37,946 nucleotides of DNA from an uncultured Cardiobacteriales bacterium (lineage in GTDB: Bacteria > Pseudomonadota > Gammaproteobacteria > Cardiobacteriales > Wohlfahrtiimonadaceae): the NCBI GenBank assembly GCA_964492525.1, contig CAZBKP010000001.1:1-37946 (forward strand). Reading direction: 5' to 3'. Of this stretch, positions 21,864-32,308 are shown in pieces. Within the stretch, counting starts at the first letter, position 1, and each line of letters starts with the position of its first letter. A model generated the notes under the pieces. The model saw only the letters and a list, made by a program, of their open reading frames with translations. It did no database searches and was not told the origin of the DNA. A program made the translations under genes and the position numbers.

Positions 21864-24800
21864 TTGTTTCTTATGTTTAAAATATTAATAAAAATATTTT
21901 CTCCTTTGTTCTTAATTGTTTTTTTTGATGTAGCTTGGGCATATTCAGTTGAATTTGAACCTTCTCAAAGACCCTTGGTCTATATGAATAGTGCAAAACC
22001 TAATATTTTACTAGTGATTGATACTGGTTGGGGTATGACAGATCTCCAAGATGCAGGAAGAATGTACGTATCAGAGCATACTGATGGATTTGGACTTCCT
22101 ATATGTGATAAGCCTACAGGATGGGCAACGACTGTAAGAAATGCTCGACAATCAGAAAATGATGGCTCTAATGGTGAAGAAGTTGTAAAGCTTTATGACC
22201 CTTTTTCGACTGGGAAATATATTCCATATAATCCAATGGATCATGTGGATTCTAATGGAAGCAGTATTTATACAGATAGTATTCCTGTAGACGTTTGTAA
22301 AAAAAGAAATAAAATATTAACTTTAAATGGGGTCACTAAGGATTTAGTTCGCCAGTTGTCTCAAGAAGCTTATATCGGGATTGCCTCATATGGACGATAT
22401 GACCCTGTTTTAGCATCTGCTTACGCAAAAGGACAAGATTTAAGTTATATCGGTGTTCCGATTATGAATCTCTCGGAGCAGAAAGATGAAGATTTTGAAA
22501 AATTTGATGCCTTTATTGATAAAGTTGCGACAGATGACTATGTCCTCAATAATAACTTTCGAAATAATGCACCAATGTTAAATACAGTTTATCAATTAGG
22601 ACTCTATTTCAGAGGATATCCAATTGGTAATCAATTTAATGTTGTCCCGAGAGTTAAGATCGAAAATAATACGACACAAACAAATGTTTCAAAATGGGAG
22701 TTTAAGCAATATCCTAATCCTGCCAAATACCGATGTACACAAAATCATATGGTATTACTCACGAATGGGTGGATTGAGGGAGAATATATTCTACCAATTT
22801 TGAAAAGTGATGCTCAATGGGATAATGAGAAATATACTGGTGCAAAGGATGATAGTAAGTTTTGGTACTACCACAGTATTTTTCCTTATATCAGCCAACT
22901 TTCAAATAGTTCGGATGATGGGCTATTTTTTACAAATAATTATAGAGCGCTAGGGTGGGGGGCAGTTAGTGGTAATGATTACTCTACAGTTGCGATGATG
23001 TTGAATCGCGATATGAGGTTAAAGGAGAATCGAGCCTCAAATTTCCCTTTAACTGATGCATCTGGAAAAGATTGGTTTGGGAAGGGGAGTATTCCCCAAA
23101 ATGTGCGTGTCGACGCAATTACGTTTAGTCCTAATTCGCCTTTTTACGGCTATAGTATTATGACTCAAGGCCTTTCTGGGAAGCAACCGGTGGGTGGAAC
23201 GAATGGGATCTTTACTAAAGGCACACAGACAAATGGAACTAATGAAGTTACAAGTTCTGATTCGGTTAGGATGGCATTTGATGAGATACTGAAAGATCAA
23301 ATTGGCTCATTAAGTAGTACGCATGCAGTGGAAGATCAATCTCGTCGAACGAAAGATACAATACGTTATAAATCAAAATATAATATCCATCAAAGAACAA
23401 GTGTGGTTGAGGCTTATGAGTGGGATGTCGCTAAAAATGATTGGAAAAGTTTTCCACGTTGGACAACAAATGAAAAACTTAAAGGTGCTCAAGGAAGATT
23501 GCTCACTATGAGTTATCCTGTAAAAGATCAATGGAAACGGAAGTCAATCTACGCGGCGTCAATGTACACAGCGTATTTAAATAATGCCTATAAAGCAAGT
23601 TATGGAAAAACACTTATTGATAGAATTACGATTTACTTATGGGGAATGATGCAACAAGATTCGGCAAGCTTTAGAAGTGATGCACGTGTTCACTCAAGGC
23701 CTGTTGCATTAGGCGCTAATGTGCATTCAAACCTTGCATATTTTGCAAAAGATAAGCCTTATTTTAATTTACAACTTTCAGATAAAACGCTTAAAAAGGA
23801 GATGAACCACTATATTGCAAGACGATCATTGAGTTATAAAACTAACTTAATTATTACGAATACCAATGATGGTATTGTAAATTTTATTTATGCAGCGAAA
23901 GGGTTGAGTAACAATAAAGTAAATTCTAAAGAAGGTACAAGATATGCAGCCTATTTTCCAGGATTCCTTGCGCAACGTTTAGATGAAATAGCCCTTAAAA
24001 ATAGACCTTTTATTTTTACAATGGATGGTCCTATTAATTTATTTGATTTTAAACACAATGTCAGTCAACAAGATAAAATTTCAACAGTTGGGTATTCTGC
24101 AATGGGAGCAGGGGGAAAAGGGCTTGTCGCCTATCGTATTTTTGAGACAACATTAAATGGCACCGATGTAGCAGGCAATCCTCGTTTTATATATGATAAT
24201 AAGGAGATTACACCGCTTTTTGAAATCGCAAATGAAGGCGTTTATAAAATGCCCGGTTTTGAAAATTTAGGCTACACTTATTCGGATTTTGAGTTTTTTA
24301 ATCGAAGTTATAATGGAAGAATAGAAGGCGTCGCTGTATTTGGAAATGGTTGGGGAACAAATGTATCATCTTTATATTTGATCAATGCATATACAGGTGA
24401 ATTGCTTCAAGAAGTTATCTTGAATGGTAATGGTGGAGGAGCATCCTCCCCTGCGATTGTTGTTGAAAAAGATTCTAATGGGTATCAAAAAATTGTATCT
24501 GCTTATGTAGGTGATACTAGTGGTTATCTATATAAGGTTACGTTTAATGAAGATCTATCTCATAACGTGGATATTTTATTTAAACCTTCAACAGAATATA
24601 ACCCAATTACGACAAAACCTATGATCATAAAGAATCGCTTTAATCAGGTTTGGGTGTATTTTGGAACAGGTCGTAATGCTGATGAAATAAGAGATAGAGG
24701 AAAAAATGCTAAAATCACTCAATATATCTATGGGATAAAAGATAAGGGCAAAACAGGCTTGGAGCGATTTGATCTTGGTGAAAATCAAATGGTCATAGGA

Positions 24801-25364
24801 GAGGATTCAACTGTAAGTGTACAATCTTATTCAACATCGGAAAATGGTTGGTTTATTCCTTTAGATAATAATGGTGAGCGTATTATCTTGTCTCCAGCGA
24901 AAACAGAAGATGCTGTTGTTTTTGTAACATGGGGGAATAATGAAATGGAATTGTTTTCCGAAAATGATCCTAATTATGACCCTTGTATTGGTGATGAAAC
25001 ATATGGAAAAATAATATTTTTGTCCCAATTAACGGGTAAAACAGAAGGTAATAAAGGATCTCTTGTGACAGCTGGGGCAGCGCCAGGTATCCCAACCTCC
25101 CCAAGCATAGATAATCAAAGTGATTTATCAGGAGGTGGATTAGGACAAAAGTCAGTGCTTGATGAAGATACTCAAAAGGATGTTACAAAGGATTTAGGTC
25201 TAAGCCCCGCGTACAATCCTCCCGAACTATCTGAAAGTGTAGATACTTGTGCAATCTCGACAGGAGATCATGGTTATGATTTTAAGTGTATAGATATACC
25301 CAATATGCGATTACCTAATATAAGTATCAAACCAAGTAGGACATCTTTGATAAGGCTATTATAA
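21864..25364 (+). CDS. pilY1: PilY1/PilC-like type IV pilus tip adhesin (start TTG 21864 or ATG 21873)
   Basis: Signal peptide (AWA/YS) and vWA-like KPNILLVID and C.QNHMVLLTNG. The C-terminal PilC beta-propeller carries NDG, MDGP, MGAGGKG, LGYTYS, FGNG, AYVGD..G.LYK, VYFGTGR, YIYGIKD, GWFIPL...GERI and DPC motifs. Confidence 0.8.
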   Translation: MFLMFKILIKIFSPLFLIVFFDVAWAYSVEFEPSQRPLVYMNSAKPNILLVIDTGWGMTDLQDAGRMYVSEHTDGFGLPICDKPTGWATTVRNARQSENDGSNGEEVVKLYDPFSTGKYIPYNPMDHVDSNGSSIYTDSIPVDVCKKRNKILTLNGVTKDLVRQLSQEAYIGIASYGRYDPVLASAYAKGQDLSYIGVPIMNLSEQKDEDFEKFDAFIDKVATDDYVLNNNFRNNAPMLNTVYQLGLYFRGYPIGNQFNVVPRVKIENNTTQTNVSKWEFKQYPNPAKYRCTQNHMVLLTNGWIEGEYILPILKSDAQWDNEKYTGAKDDSKFWYYHSIFPYISQLSNSSDDGLFFTNNYRALGWGAVSGNDYSTVAMMLNRDMRLKENRASNFPLTDASGKDWFGKGSIPQNVRVDAITFSPNSPFYGYSIMTQGLSGKQPVGGTNGIFTKGTQTNGTNEVTSSDSVRMAFDEILKDQIGSLSSTHAVEDQSRRTKDTIRYKSKYNIHQRTSVVEAYEWDVAKNDWKSFPRWTTNEKLKGAQGRLLTMSYPVKDQWKRKSIYAASMYTAYLNNAYKASYGKTLIDRITIYLWGMMQQDSASFRSDARVHSRPVALGANVHSNLAYFAKDKPYFNLQLSDKTLKKEMNHYIARRSLSYKTNLIITNTNDGIVNFIYAAKGLSNNKVNSKEGTRYAAYFPGFLAQRLDEIALKNRPFIFTMDGPINLFDFKHNVSQQDKISTVGYSAMGAGGKGLVAYRIFETTLNGTDVAGNPRFIYDNKEITPLFEIANEGVYKMPGFENLGYTYSDFEFFNRSYNGRIEGVAVFGNGWGTNVSSLYLINAYTGELLQEVILNGNGGGASSPAIVVEKDSNGYQKIVSAYVGDTSGYLYKVTFNEDLSHNVDILFKPSTEYNPITTKPMIIKNRFNQVWVYFGTGRNADEIRDRGKNAKITQYIYGIKDKGKTGLERFDLGENQMVIGEDSTVSVQSYSTSENGWFIPLDNNGERIILSPAKTEDAVVFVTWGNNEMELFSENDPNYDPCIGDETYGKIIFLSQLTGKTEGNKGSLVTAGAAPGIPTSPSIDNQSDLSGGGLGQKSVLDEDTQKDVTKDLGLSPAYNPPELSESVDTCAISTGDHGYDFKCIDIPNMRLPNISIKPSRTSLIRLL

Positions 25365-25487
25365 ATAATTAGGATTAACAATTTAATATAATGAAAATTA
25401 AAATAGTTATCAGTTCACACAATTATCGTATTAAAAGTTGTTTAAATCTCTTATAATACGCGAGCAAGTTTTTATTCTGAGGAAATT

Positions 25488-27128
25488 ATGAAGAAACTAA
25501 GAATATATTTTTTATCTATTTTTTTACTCGCATTTTTAGCAGTTGCCAGTGCACAAGAAGAAAAAATGGAAGATGTGTTCCTCTATAAAGCGATCCCTGG
25601 TGATAGCTTGTGGAATATTACAGAACGTCATTTAAGTTCAATTAATCTTTGGAAAAAATTAAAAAAAATTAATAATCTTCCAGATAGTGATTTTATTGAG
25701 CCTGGAACGATTATCAAAATTCCTCGTGAATGGTTAAAAACAAATACGTCAACTGCAACCTTAGTGAACGCTATCGGTGAAGTTACTATAAAATCGGTAA
25801 ATGGAGAATCTATCCAGTTAGGGAAAGATTTTGAGGCAGATGGCAATTTGGTCCTTACTGAAGGACAGGTCATTACGACAGGACCTGATGGTTTAGCAAC
25901 GATTTTATTTAAAGACGGTTCTCGTTTGTTATTGCAGAGTAATAGTGAACTTGCGCTTAAAAACATAATTGCACTTGGAGACGGATCATTAAGTGATATT
26001 AAATTACAATTGGATAAAGGTCGAATTGAAAATCGTGTCTATTCAAGCCCAATCTCTAATACAAATTATGAGGTAAAAACAGCTACCGCAACGACATCTG
26101 TTCGTGGAACGTCTTTTCGTATGACTAGTGATGATAGTGGTGAGAGTATCACTGAAGTATTAACAGGTAAGGTTAAATCCCAAGCTTTATCAGCATCAGA
26201 ATCTATCGAGTTAGTAAAAGGTGAAGCAACAATTATCACGAAAGAGGGAAATGCAACAAAAGTAAAATTGCTTCCACCACCAATTTTTAAATCAATGCCT
26301 CAGATTGTCGAGCATGTCCCTATTAGAATTGAAGTTGAGCAACAAGAAGGCATAAGTGGATACTCATCAGTTATTGTCCCTGTAGGAAAAGATGAAAAGG
26401 ATGCAGTATCAAGCCATAGATCAAAAGGCAATGTAATAGAGGGGGATGATCTTCCTGATGGACGTTATCAGTTGTTCGTTAGCAGTATTAGCGATGATGG
26501 TGTTACAGGGGAACCTGCTCAATATGAATTTATCTTAAATGCGAGGCCATTTTATCCAACAATGACAACACCAAGTGATGAACAAAAACTGCTTGGTAAG
26601 GATCTTGTATTTAATTGGAAAAAAGCAAATGATGATTCTGCAAAATACCATTTTCAAGTTGCGAAAGATGATAAATTTAGAGAGCTTGTTATCAATGATG
26701 ATAATGTCACCCAAGAAACATATACACCTTCTGAGCAACTTTTATCAGGATATTATCATTGGCGTTTAGCAGCGATAGATAAAACAGGAAAAAGAGGTCC
26801 GTTTACTGCATCTCAAAGTTTTAGAGTATTGTTAGAAGATCCAAATCTTACAAATGCATCTGTAAAAACGAGCGATATGAATTTAACATGGGATGCCTCG
26901 GAAGAAGGCACTGTATTCAAACTACAAATTTCTAAATCACAAACATTTGATGATGTCGTCTTTGAAAAAGATCTTACAGAAAATAGTATTCTTGTAGAAG
27001 ATATGGTTCCTGGAGTTTATTATTTTAGAGTTCAAACAACAGGACCTGATCAATTTGTTGGAGAGTGGGGATTGCCTCACAGTTTTGAAGTTCCAGATAA
27101 CGATAAAGTATCTGAGAAATTAAAATAG
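25488..27128 (+). CDS. Secreted LysM + FecR-domain protein with C-terminal FN3/Ig-like repeats
   Basis: Signal peptide (ASA/QE), LysM (PGDSLWNI...INNL...IEPGTIIKIP), FecR-like region (TTGPDG.ATILFKDGS...VKT.TA..SVRGTSF) and FN3-like repeats (W...YHFQVAKD..F...GYYHWRL; W...FKLQISKS..F...GVYYFRV). Confidence 0.8.
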   Translation: MKKLRIYFLSIFLLAFLAVASAQEEKMEDVFLYKAIPGDSLWNITERHLSSINLWKKLKKINNLPDSDFIEPGTIIKIPREWLKTNTSTATLVNAIGEVTIKSVNGESIQLGKDFEADGNLVLTEGQVITTGPDGLATILFKDGSRLLLQSNSELALKNIIALGDGSLSDIKLQLDKGRIENRVYSSPISNTNYEVKTATATTSVRGTSFRMTSDDSGESITEVLTGKVKSQALSASESIELVKGEATIITKEGNATKVKLLPPPIFKSMPQIVEHVPIRIEVEQQEGISGYSSVIVPVGKDEKDAVSSHRSKGNVIEGDDLPDGRYQLFVSSISDDGVTGEPAQYEFILNARPFYPTMTTPSDEQKLLGKDLVFNWKKANDDSAKYHFQVAKDDKFRELVINDDNVTQETYTPSEQLLSGYYHWRLAAIDKTGKRGPFTASQSFRVLLEDPNLTNASVKTSDMNLTWDASEEGTVFKLQISKSQTFDDVVFEKDLTENSILVEDMVPGVYYFRVQTTGPDQFVGEWGLPHSFEVPDNDKVSEKLK

Positions 27129-27140
27129 TAATTAAAAAAT

Positions 27141-27170
27141 AAAAAAGCCTTAGGATTCTAAGGCTTTTTT
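27141..27170. terminator. Bidirectional terminator between the FecR-domain gene and usp
   Basis: AAAAAAGCCTTAG-gatt-CTAAGGCTTTTTT, a perfect 13-bp stem. Confidence 0.9.
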
Positions 27171-27179
27171 TATTGGTTG

Positions 27180-27599
27180 TTATTTTACTAAAAGAATTGG
27201 GCAGTGGACTTTATTCATGACTGTATTACTAACGCCACCAAGCACAAGTTTTTGAACTGCATTGAGTCCTCTGCTACCAATAACAACAAGTTCAAAATGG
27301 TTATCATTGGCATAATGGACAATACTATAGGCAGCATCTCCCACAAGGATAGTCGTTTTATGATTAATATTATGCTCATCGAGAATTTCTTCTACAGGCT
27401 CAATCTTATTCCGCTGAGCTTTTTCTTGCTCCTCTTTGGAGGGCTCGAGTAATATCTCTCTTGCTGTTTTCGGAGGTACATTTACGTATAGAATTTCGAC
27501 GGTAGATTGAGGTTCTGTTTTTGCCAATCTTGCAGCCTCAACTGCAGCCCTCAAAGAATTCTCGGAACCATCAATTGCAAGTAGTATTTTTTTATACAT
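27180..27599 (-). CDS. Universal stress protein (UspA family)
   Basis: MYKKILLAIDGS, VVIGSRGL...LVLGGVS..V...CPILLVK; GGAGA SD. Confidence 0.92.
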   Translation of the reverse strand: MYKKILLAIDGSENSLRAAVEAARLAKTEPQSTVEILYVNVPPKTAREILLEPSKEEQEKAQRNKIEPVEEILDEHNINHKTTILVGDAAYSIVHYANDNHFELVVIGSRGLNAVQKLVLGGVSNTVMNKVHCPILLVK

Positions 27600-27706
27600 A
27601 GCAATATCTCCTGTGAGTAAAGAAGCAGTAATTTTATGTTAAAGAAACTATAAACAATTTTTGCACAGATTGAAATGCTAAAAATAGGTAAATCAGCAAA
27701 TACATC

Positions 27707-27731
27707 CCCCAAAGATTAAGAATCTTTGGGG
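27707..27731 (-). terminator. Hairpin downstream of gapA (terminator or 3' stabiliser)
   Basis: CCCCAAAGATT-aag-AATCTTTGGGG, an 11-bp stem with a weak U-tract. Confidence 0.6.
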
Positions 27732-27754
27732 AAGTAGTATAACTATAATTTAGA

Positions 27755-28753
<999 letters not shown>

Positions 28754-28766
28754 CTATCCCTCCAGT

Positions 28767-30263
28767 TTATTCTGAAACGTGTTGATGAATGAAATCGAGT
28801 AACAATGCAACAGGTCGGCCTGTTGCGCCTTTATTTGCACCTGAATCCCAAGCGGTGCCTGCGATATCTAAATGTGCCCATGCATATTTTTCAGTAAAGC
28901 GAGAGAGGAAGCAGGCAGCTGTAATTGAACCTGCGGCACGTCCACCACCAATATTAGCAATGTCTGCAAAGTTGCTATCAAGCTGTGATTGGTAATCCTC
29001 CCACATTGGAAGTTCCCAAACATGATCTTGAGTAGTTTTTGCACTTGCTTTAATGGAGGCGGTTAACTCTTCATTATTAGAGAATAATCCTGTCGGAATA
29101 TGGCCAAGTGCAACGATAATTGCGCCTGTTAACGTTGCAATATCAATGACACATTTAGGATTAAATTGTTCTGCAAATGTGAGCGCATCACATAAAATAA
29201 GGCGTCCTTCTGCATCGGTATTTAAAACCTCAATCGTTTGGCCGGACATACTTGTGATCACATCCCCAGGTTTAACCGCAGAGCCTGAAGGCATATTTTC
29301 TACAGCAGGGATAATTCCTACCACATTAATGGGAAGTTCAAGCTCTGCAAGCGCTTTAAGCGTTCCAAGAACACTTGCCGCACCACACATATCGTATTTC
29401 ATCTCATCCATTCCCGCACCAGGTTTCAGAGAGATTCCTCCTGAGTCGAATGTCACCCCTTTTCCCACGAGGACAATCGGAGCTTCATCTTCGTCTTTTG
29501 CGCCCCGATATTGCATGACGATAAGATTCGGATTCTCAGCGCTTCCTTTTGCAACCGACATGATTGCGCCCATTCCAAGACGTTGCATATCACTGTCATT
29601 CAGGATTTTACAGCTTAATAATTGACGATACTCAGACGCTAAGTTATCTGCGATATCAGAAAGATCTGTAGGGGTAAGATGATTGCTCGGCGTATTTCCT
29701 AAGTCCTTTGTGAGCTTAATCCCTTCAGCAAGTGCAATCCCATATTGTAAGGCTTTAGCAGACTGCTCATCGCTCTCTTTTTCATAAATTGAAACGCTTT
29801 CTAAAGCATTCGGGTCGCTGGGTTTGCTTTTAAATTGATTAAACTGATACAAGCCATTTTGAACCGTTGTCACTAAAACAGGAATAGAATTCTTCTTGTT
29901 TTGGCATTGGCTTAAAAGTGCAAATGTGATCGATTTTAGTGAGGTTTTCTTTGCCCACTCTACCGCAGCAGCGATCGCTTTTTTAAAACTCTGTAACGAT
30001 GACTTTTCTTTATTACCAAAACCGACAACGAGAAGATATTTCGCTTTGATGCCAGACGGTTTATAGATAGGGAAGATATCTCCTACTTTTCCTGAAAATT
30101 CGCCTGAATCAATAATATCTGAAATGAGTCCATTAACCGCAGTGTTGATCTCCTCAGCATCGGGAGAAAGTATCTCCTCATAGACTTGTACGACGATAAC
30201 CTCGGTTTCAATCGTAGAAAGTGAGTCTTGAGTGAGGTTAAACTGCACAGGAATGGGTTTCAT
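28767..30263 (-). CDS. pepA: Leucyl aminopeptidase (M17)
   Basis: VGKGVTFDSGG, MKYDMCG, NTDAEGRL and HLDIAG motifs. Confidence 0.96.
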   Translation of the reverse strand: MKPIPVQFNLTQDSLSTIETEVIVVQVYEEILSPDAEEINTAVNGLISDIIDSGEFSGKVGDIFPIYKPSGIKAKYLLVVGFGNKEKSSLQSFKKAIAAAVEWAKKTSLKSITFALLSQCQNKKNSIPVLVTTVQNGLYQFNQFKSKPSDPNALESVSIYEKESDEQSAKALQYGIALAEGIKLTKDLGNTPSNHLTPTDLSDIADNLASEYRQLLSCKILNDSDMQRLGMGAIMSVAKGSAENPNLIVMQYRGAKDEDEAPIVLVGKGVTFDSGGISLKPGAGMDEMKYDMCGAASVLGTLKALAELELPINVVGIIPAVENMPSGSAVKPGDVITSMSGQTIEVLNTDAEGRLILCDALTFAEQFNPKCVIDIATLTGAIIVALGHIPTGLFSNNEELTASIKASAKTTQDHVWELPMWEDYQSQLDSNFADIANIGGGRAAGSITAACFLSRFTEKYAWAHLDIAGTAWDSGANKGATGRPVALLLDFIHQHVSE

Positions 30264-30283
30264 ATACGCTCCTTAAAAGTTTA

Positions 30284-31639
30284 TTAATGTAATTCAGTGG
30301 TAACAAGTCTGCCACGTAAAGAATTTGTCATTGCTTCAGTAATGATGACATCACAAAATTGCCCGATTAATGAGGAAGGACCTTCAAAATTTACAACGCG
30401 ATTATTTTCGGTTCTCCCCGAAAGCTCATTGGCATTCTTCTTAGAATGGCGATCGACCAAAATACGTTGAGTTGTTCCCACCATGCTTTGAGAAATTGCC
30501 GCGACTTGGCTATTAATTTGAGTTTGTAATCGTGCAAGGCGCTCTTTTTTCTCTTCCATAGAGATATTATCGGGAAGATTTGCAGCAGGTGTTCCTGGAC
30601 GAGGCGAATAGATGAAGCTGAAAGACATATCGTAATTAAGTTCTTTCACTAATGACATCGTTTTTTCAAAGTCATCAGCGGTTTCTCCAGGAAAACCGAC
30701 AATGATATCGGTTGAAAGCGCAATATCAGGACGAATCTTTTGGAGTTTACGAATCTTCGATTTGTACTCTAGCGCAGTATGATTACGCTTCATTGCCATA
30801 AGGATTTTGTCTGATCCAGATTGAATCGGAAGATGAAGATGAGAAACTAATTTTGGAACTCTTGCATATGTTTCAATTAAACGATCGGAAAACGCGAGCG
30901 GATGAGAAGTGGTAAAGCGAATTCTCTCAATTCCTTCAATCTCCGCGACATACTCAATGAGAAGGGCAAGGTCGCAAATTGCACCATCAGGCATTTCACC
31001 TTGGTAATCATTCACATTTTGTCCAAGAAGATTGACTTCTTTTACGCCTTGCTCAGCAAGAAGTGCAATTTCTCCAACCACGTCGAGCATCGGGCGAGAA
31101 ATTTCTTCACCGCGAGTATAAGGAACAATACAGAATGAGCAATATTTATTACATCCTTCCATAATGGATACGAAAGCGGTAGGACCTTCTGCGCGTGGGG
31201 CAGGGAGATGATCGAATTTTTCAATCTCAGGGAAAGAGGTATCAACTTGAGCGCCTTTTCCTTTCCATACGTCCATAAGCATTTTAGGAAGACGGTGCAA
31301 AGTTTGTGGTCCAAAGACGATATCTACATAGGGCGCGCGTTTACGAATGAGCTCACCTTCTTGGCTCGCAACACATCCGCCGACACAGATGACAATATTG
31401 GGATTGCTCTCTTTAAGTTCACGCCAACGACCTAATTCAGAGAATACTTTTTCTTGTGCTTTTTCGCGAATAGAGCACGTATTTAGGATAATGACATCAG
31501 CATTTTGTAATTCTTGAGTTCGCTCTAATTGACAAAAAGCCTTGAGCGTATCTGCCATTTTAGAAGAGTCGTACTCATTCATTTGGCAACCTTGGGTTTG
31601 AATATAAAACGTTTTATTTGATGTTTCAGTCTGATGCAT
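30284..31639 (-). CDS. miaB: tRNA methylthiotransferase MiaB
   Basis: [26 protein letters not shown] radical SAM motif and a C-terminal TRAM domain. Confidence 0.97.
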   Translation of the reverse strand: MHQTETSNKTFYIQTQGCQMNEYDSSKMADTLKAFCQLERTQELQNADVIILNTCSIREKAQEKVFSELGRWRELKESNPNIVICVGGCVASQEGELIRKRAPYVDIVFGPQTLHRLPKMLMDVWKGKGAQVDTSFPEIEKFDHLPAPRAEGPTAFVSIMEGCNKYCSFCIVPYTRGEEISRPMLDVVGEIALLAEQGVKEVNLLGQNVNDYQGEMPDGAICDLALLIEYVAEIEGIERIRFTTSHPLAFSDRLIETYARVPKLVSHLHLPIQSGSDKILMAMKRNHTALEYKSKIRKLQKIRPDIALSTDIIVGFPGETADDFEKTMSLVKELNYDMSFSFIYSPRPGTPAANLPDNISMEEKKERLARLQTQINSQVAAISQSMVGTTQRILVDRHSKKNANELSGRTENNRVVNFEGPSSLIGQFCDVIITEAMTNSLRGRLVTTELH

Positions 31640-31762
31640 AACGATATAAATAACCTAGAAAAATAAAATGTTACAACTATTAAAATAATAGTGAGATTTT
31701 ACCGTATTTTTAAAAGTTGAGTAACATCATTCTCTGTTAAATCCTTAATCAAGAGATTTTAG

Positions 31763-31801
31763 AAATAAAAAAGACTAGATTACATTGGTATGAATCTAGT
31801 C
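31763..31801 (-). terminator. Intrinsic terminator of the rib operon
   Basis: GACTAGATT...AATCTAGTC stem followed on the minus strand by TTTTTTATTT. Confidence 0.7.
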
Positions 31802-31823
31802 ACTATAAAGATAAGAATTGGTA

Positions 31824-32288
31824 TTAACCAATATTTTCCATCAAGCTTAACATCTCTATAACAGTCATTGCCGCATCTGCACCTTTATTTCCTGCCTTAG
31901 TACCCGCACGCTCTAATGCTTGTTCAATACTGTCAGTTGTAAGTACGCCAAAAGCAATGGGTTTATGAGTATTTAAACTTACAGATGCGATTCCTTTAGA
32001 AACTTCATTTGCAACAAAATCAAAGTGAGGTGTTGAACCACGAATCACTGCACCTAGACAGATAATGCCATCAATCTCTTTTTTAGATGCAAATTGTTGA
32101 GCAATGAGGGGGATTTCAAATGCGCCAGGCACCCATGCAAGCGTTATATTCTTTTCATCTAATCCGTGACGTTTTAATGCATCAAGCGCACCTTCAATGA
32201 GTTGTTTTGTAATAAGACTATTAAATCGACCTGCAACAATCGCGATAGTCTTATTGGAAATGGATAATTGACCTTCAATGATATTCAT
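31824..32288 (-). CDS. ribH: 6,7-dimethyl-8-ribityllumazine synthase
   Basis: [23 protein letters not shown] and [10 protein letters not shown] motifs. Confidence 0.97.
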   Translation of the reverse strand: MNIIEGQLSISNKTIAIVAGRFNSLITKQLIEGALDALKRHGLDEKNITLAWVPGAFEIPLIAQQFASKKEIDGIICLGAVIRGSTPHFDFVANEVSKGIASVSLNTHKPIAFGVLTTDSIEQALERAGTKAGNKGADAAMTVIEMLSLMENIG

Positions 32289-32308
32289 ACTGCTTTCCTT
32301 TCTATAAA

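Noticed and set aside
21565..27179. Mobile element or genomic island carrying pilY1 and the FecR-domain gene
   Set aside because: No integrase, transposase, tRNA or flanking direct repeats were seen; AT-richness alone is insufficient.
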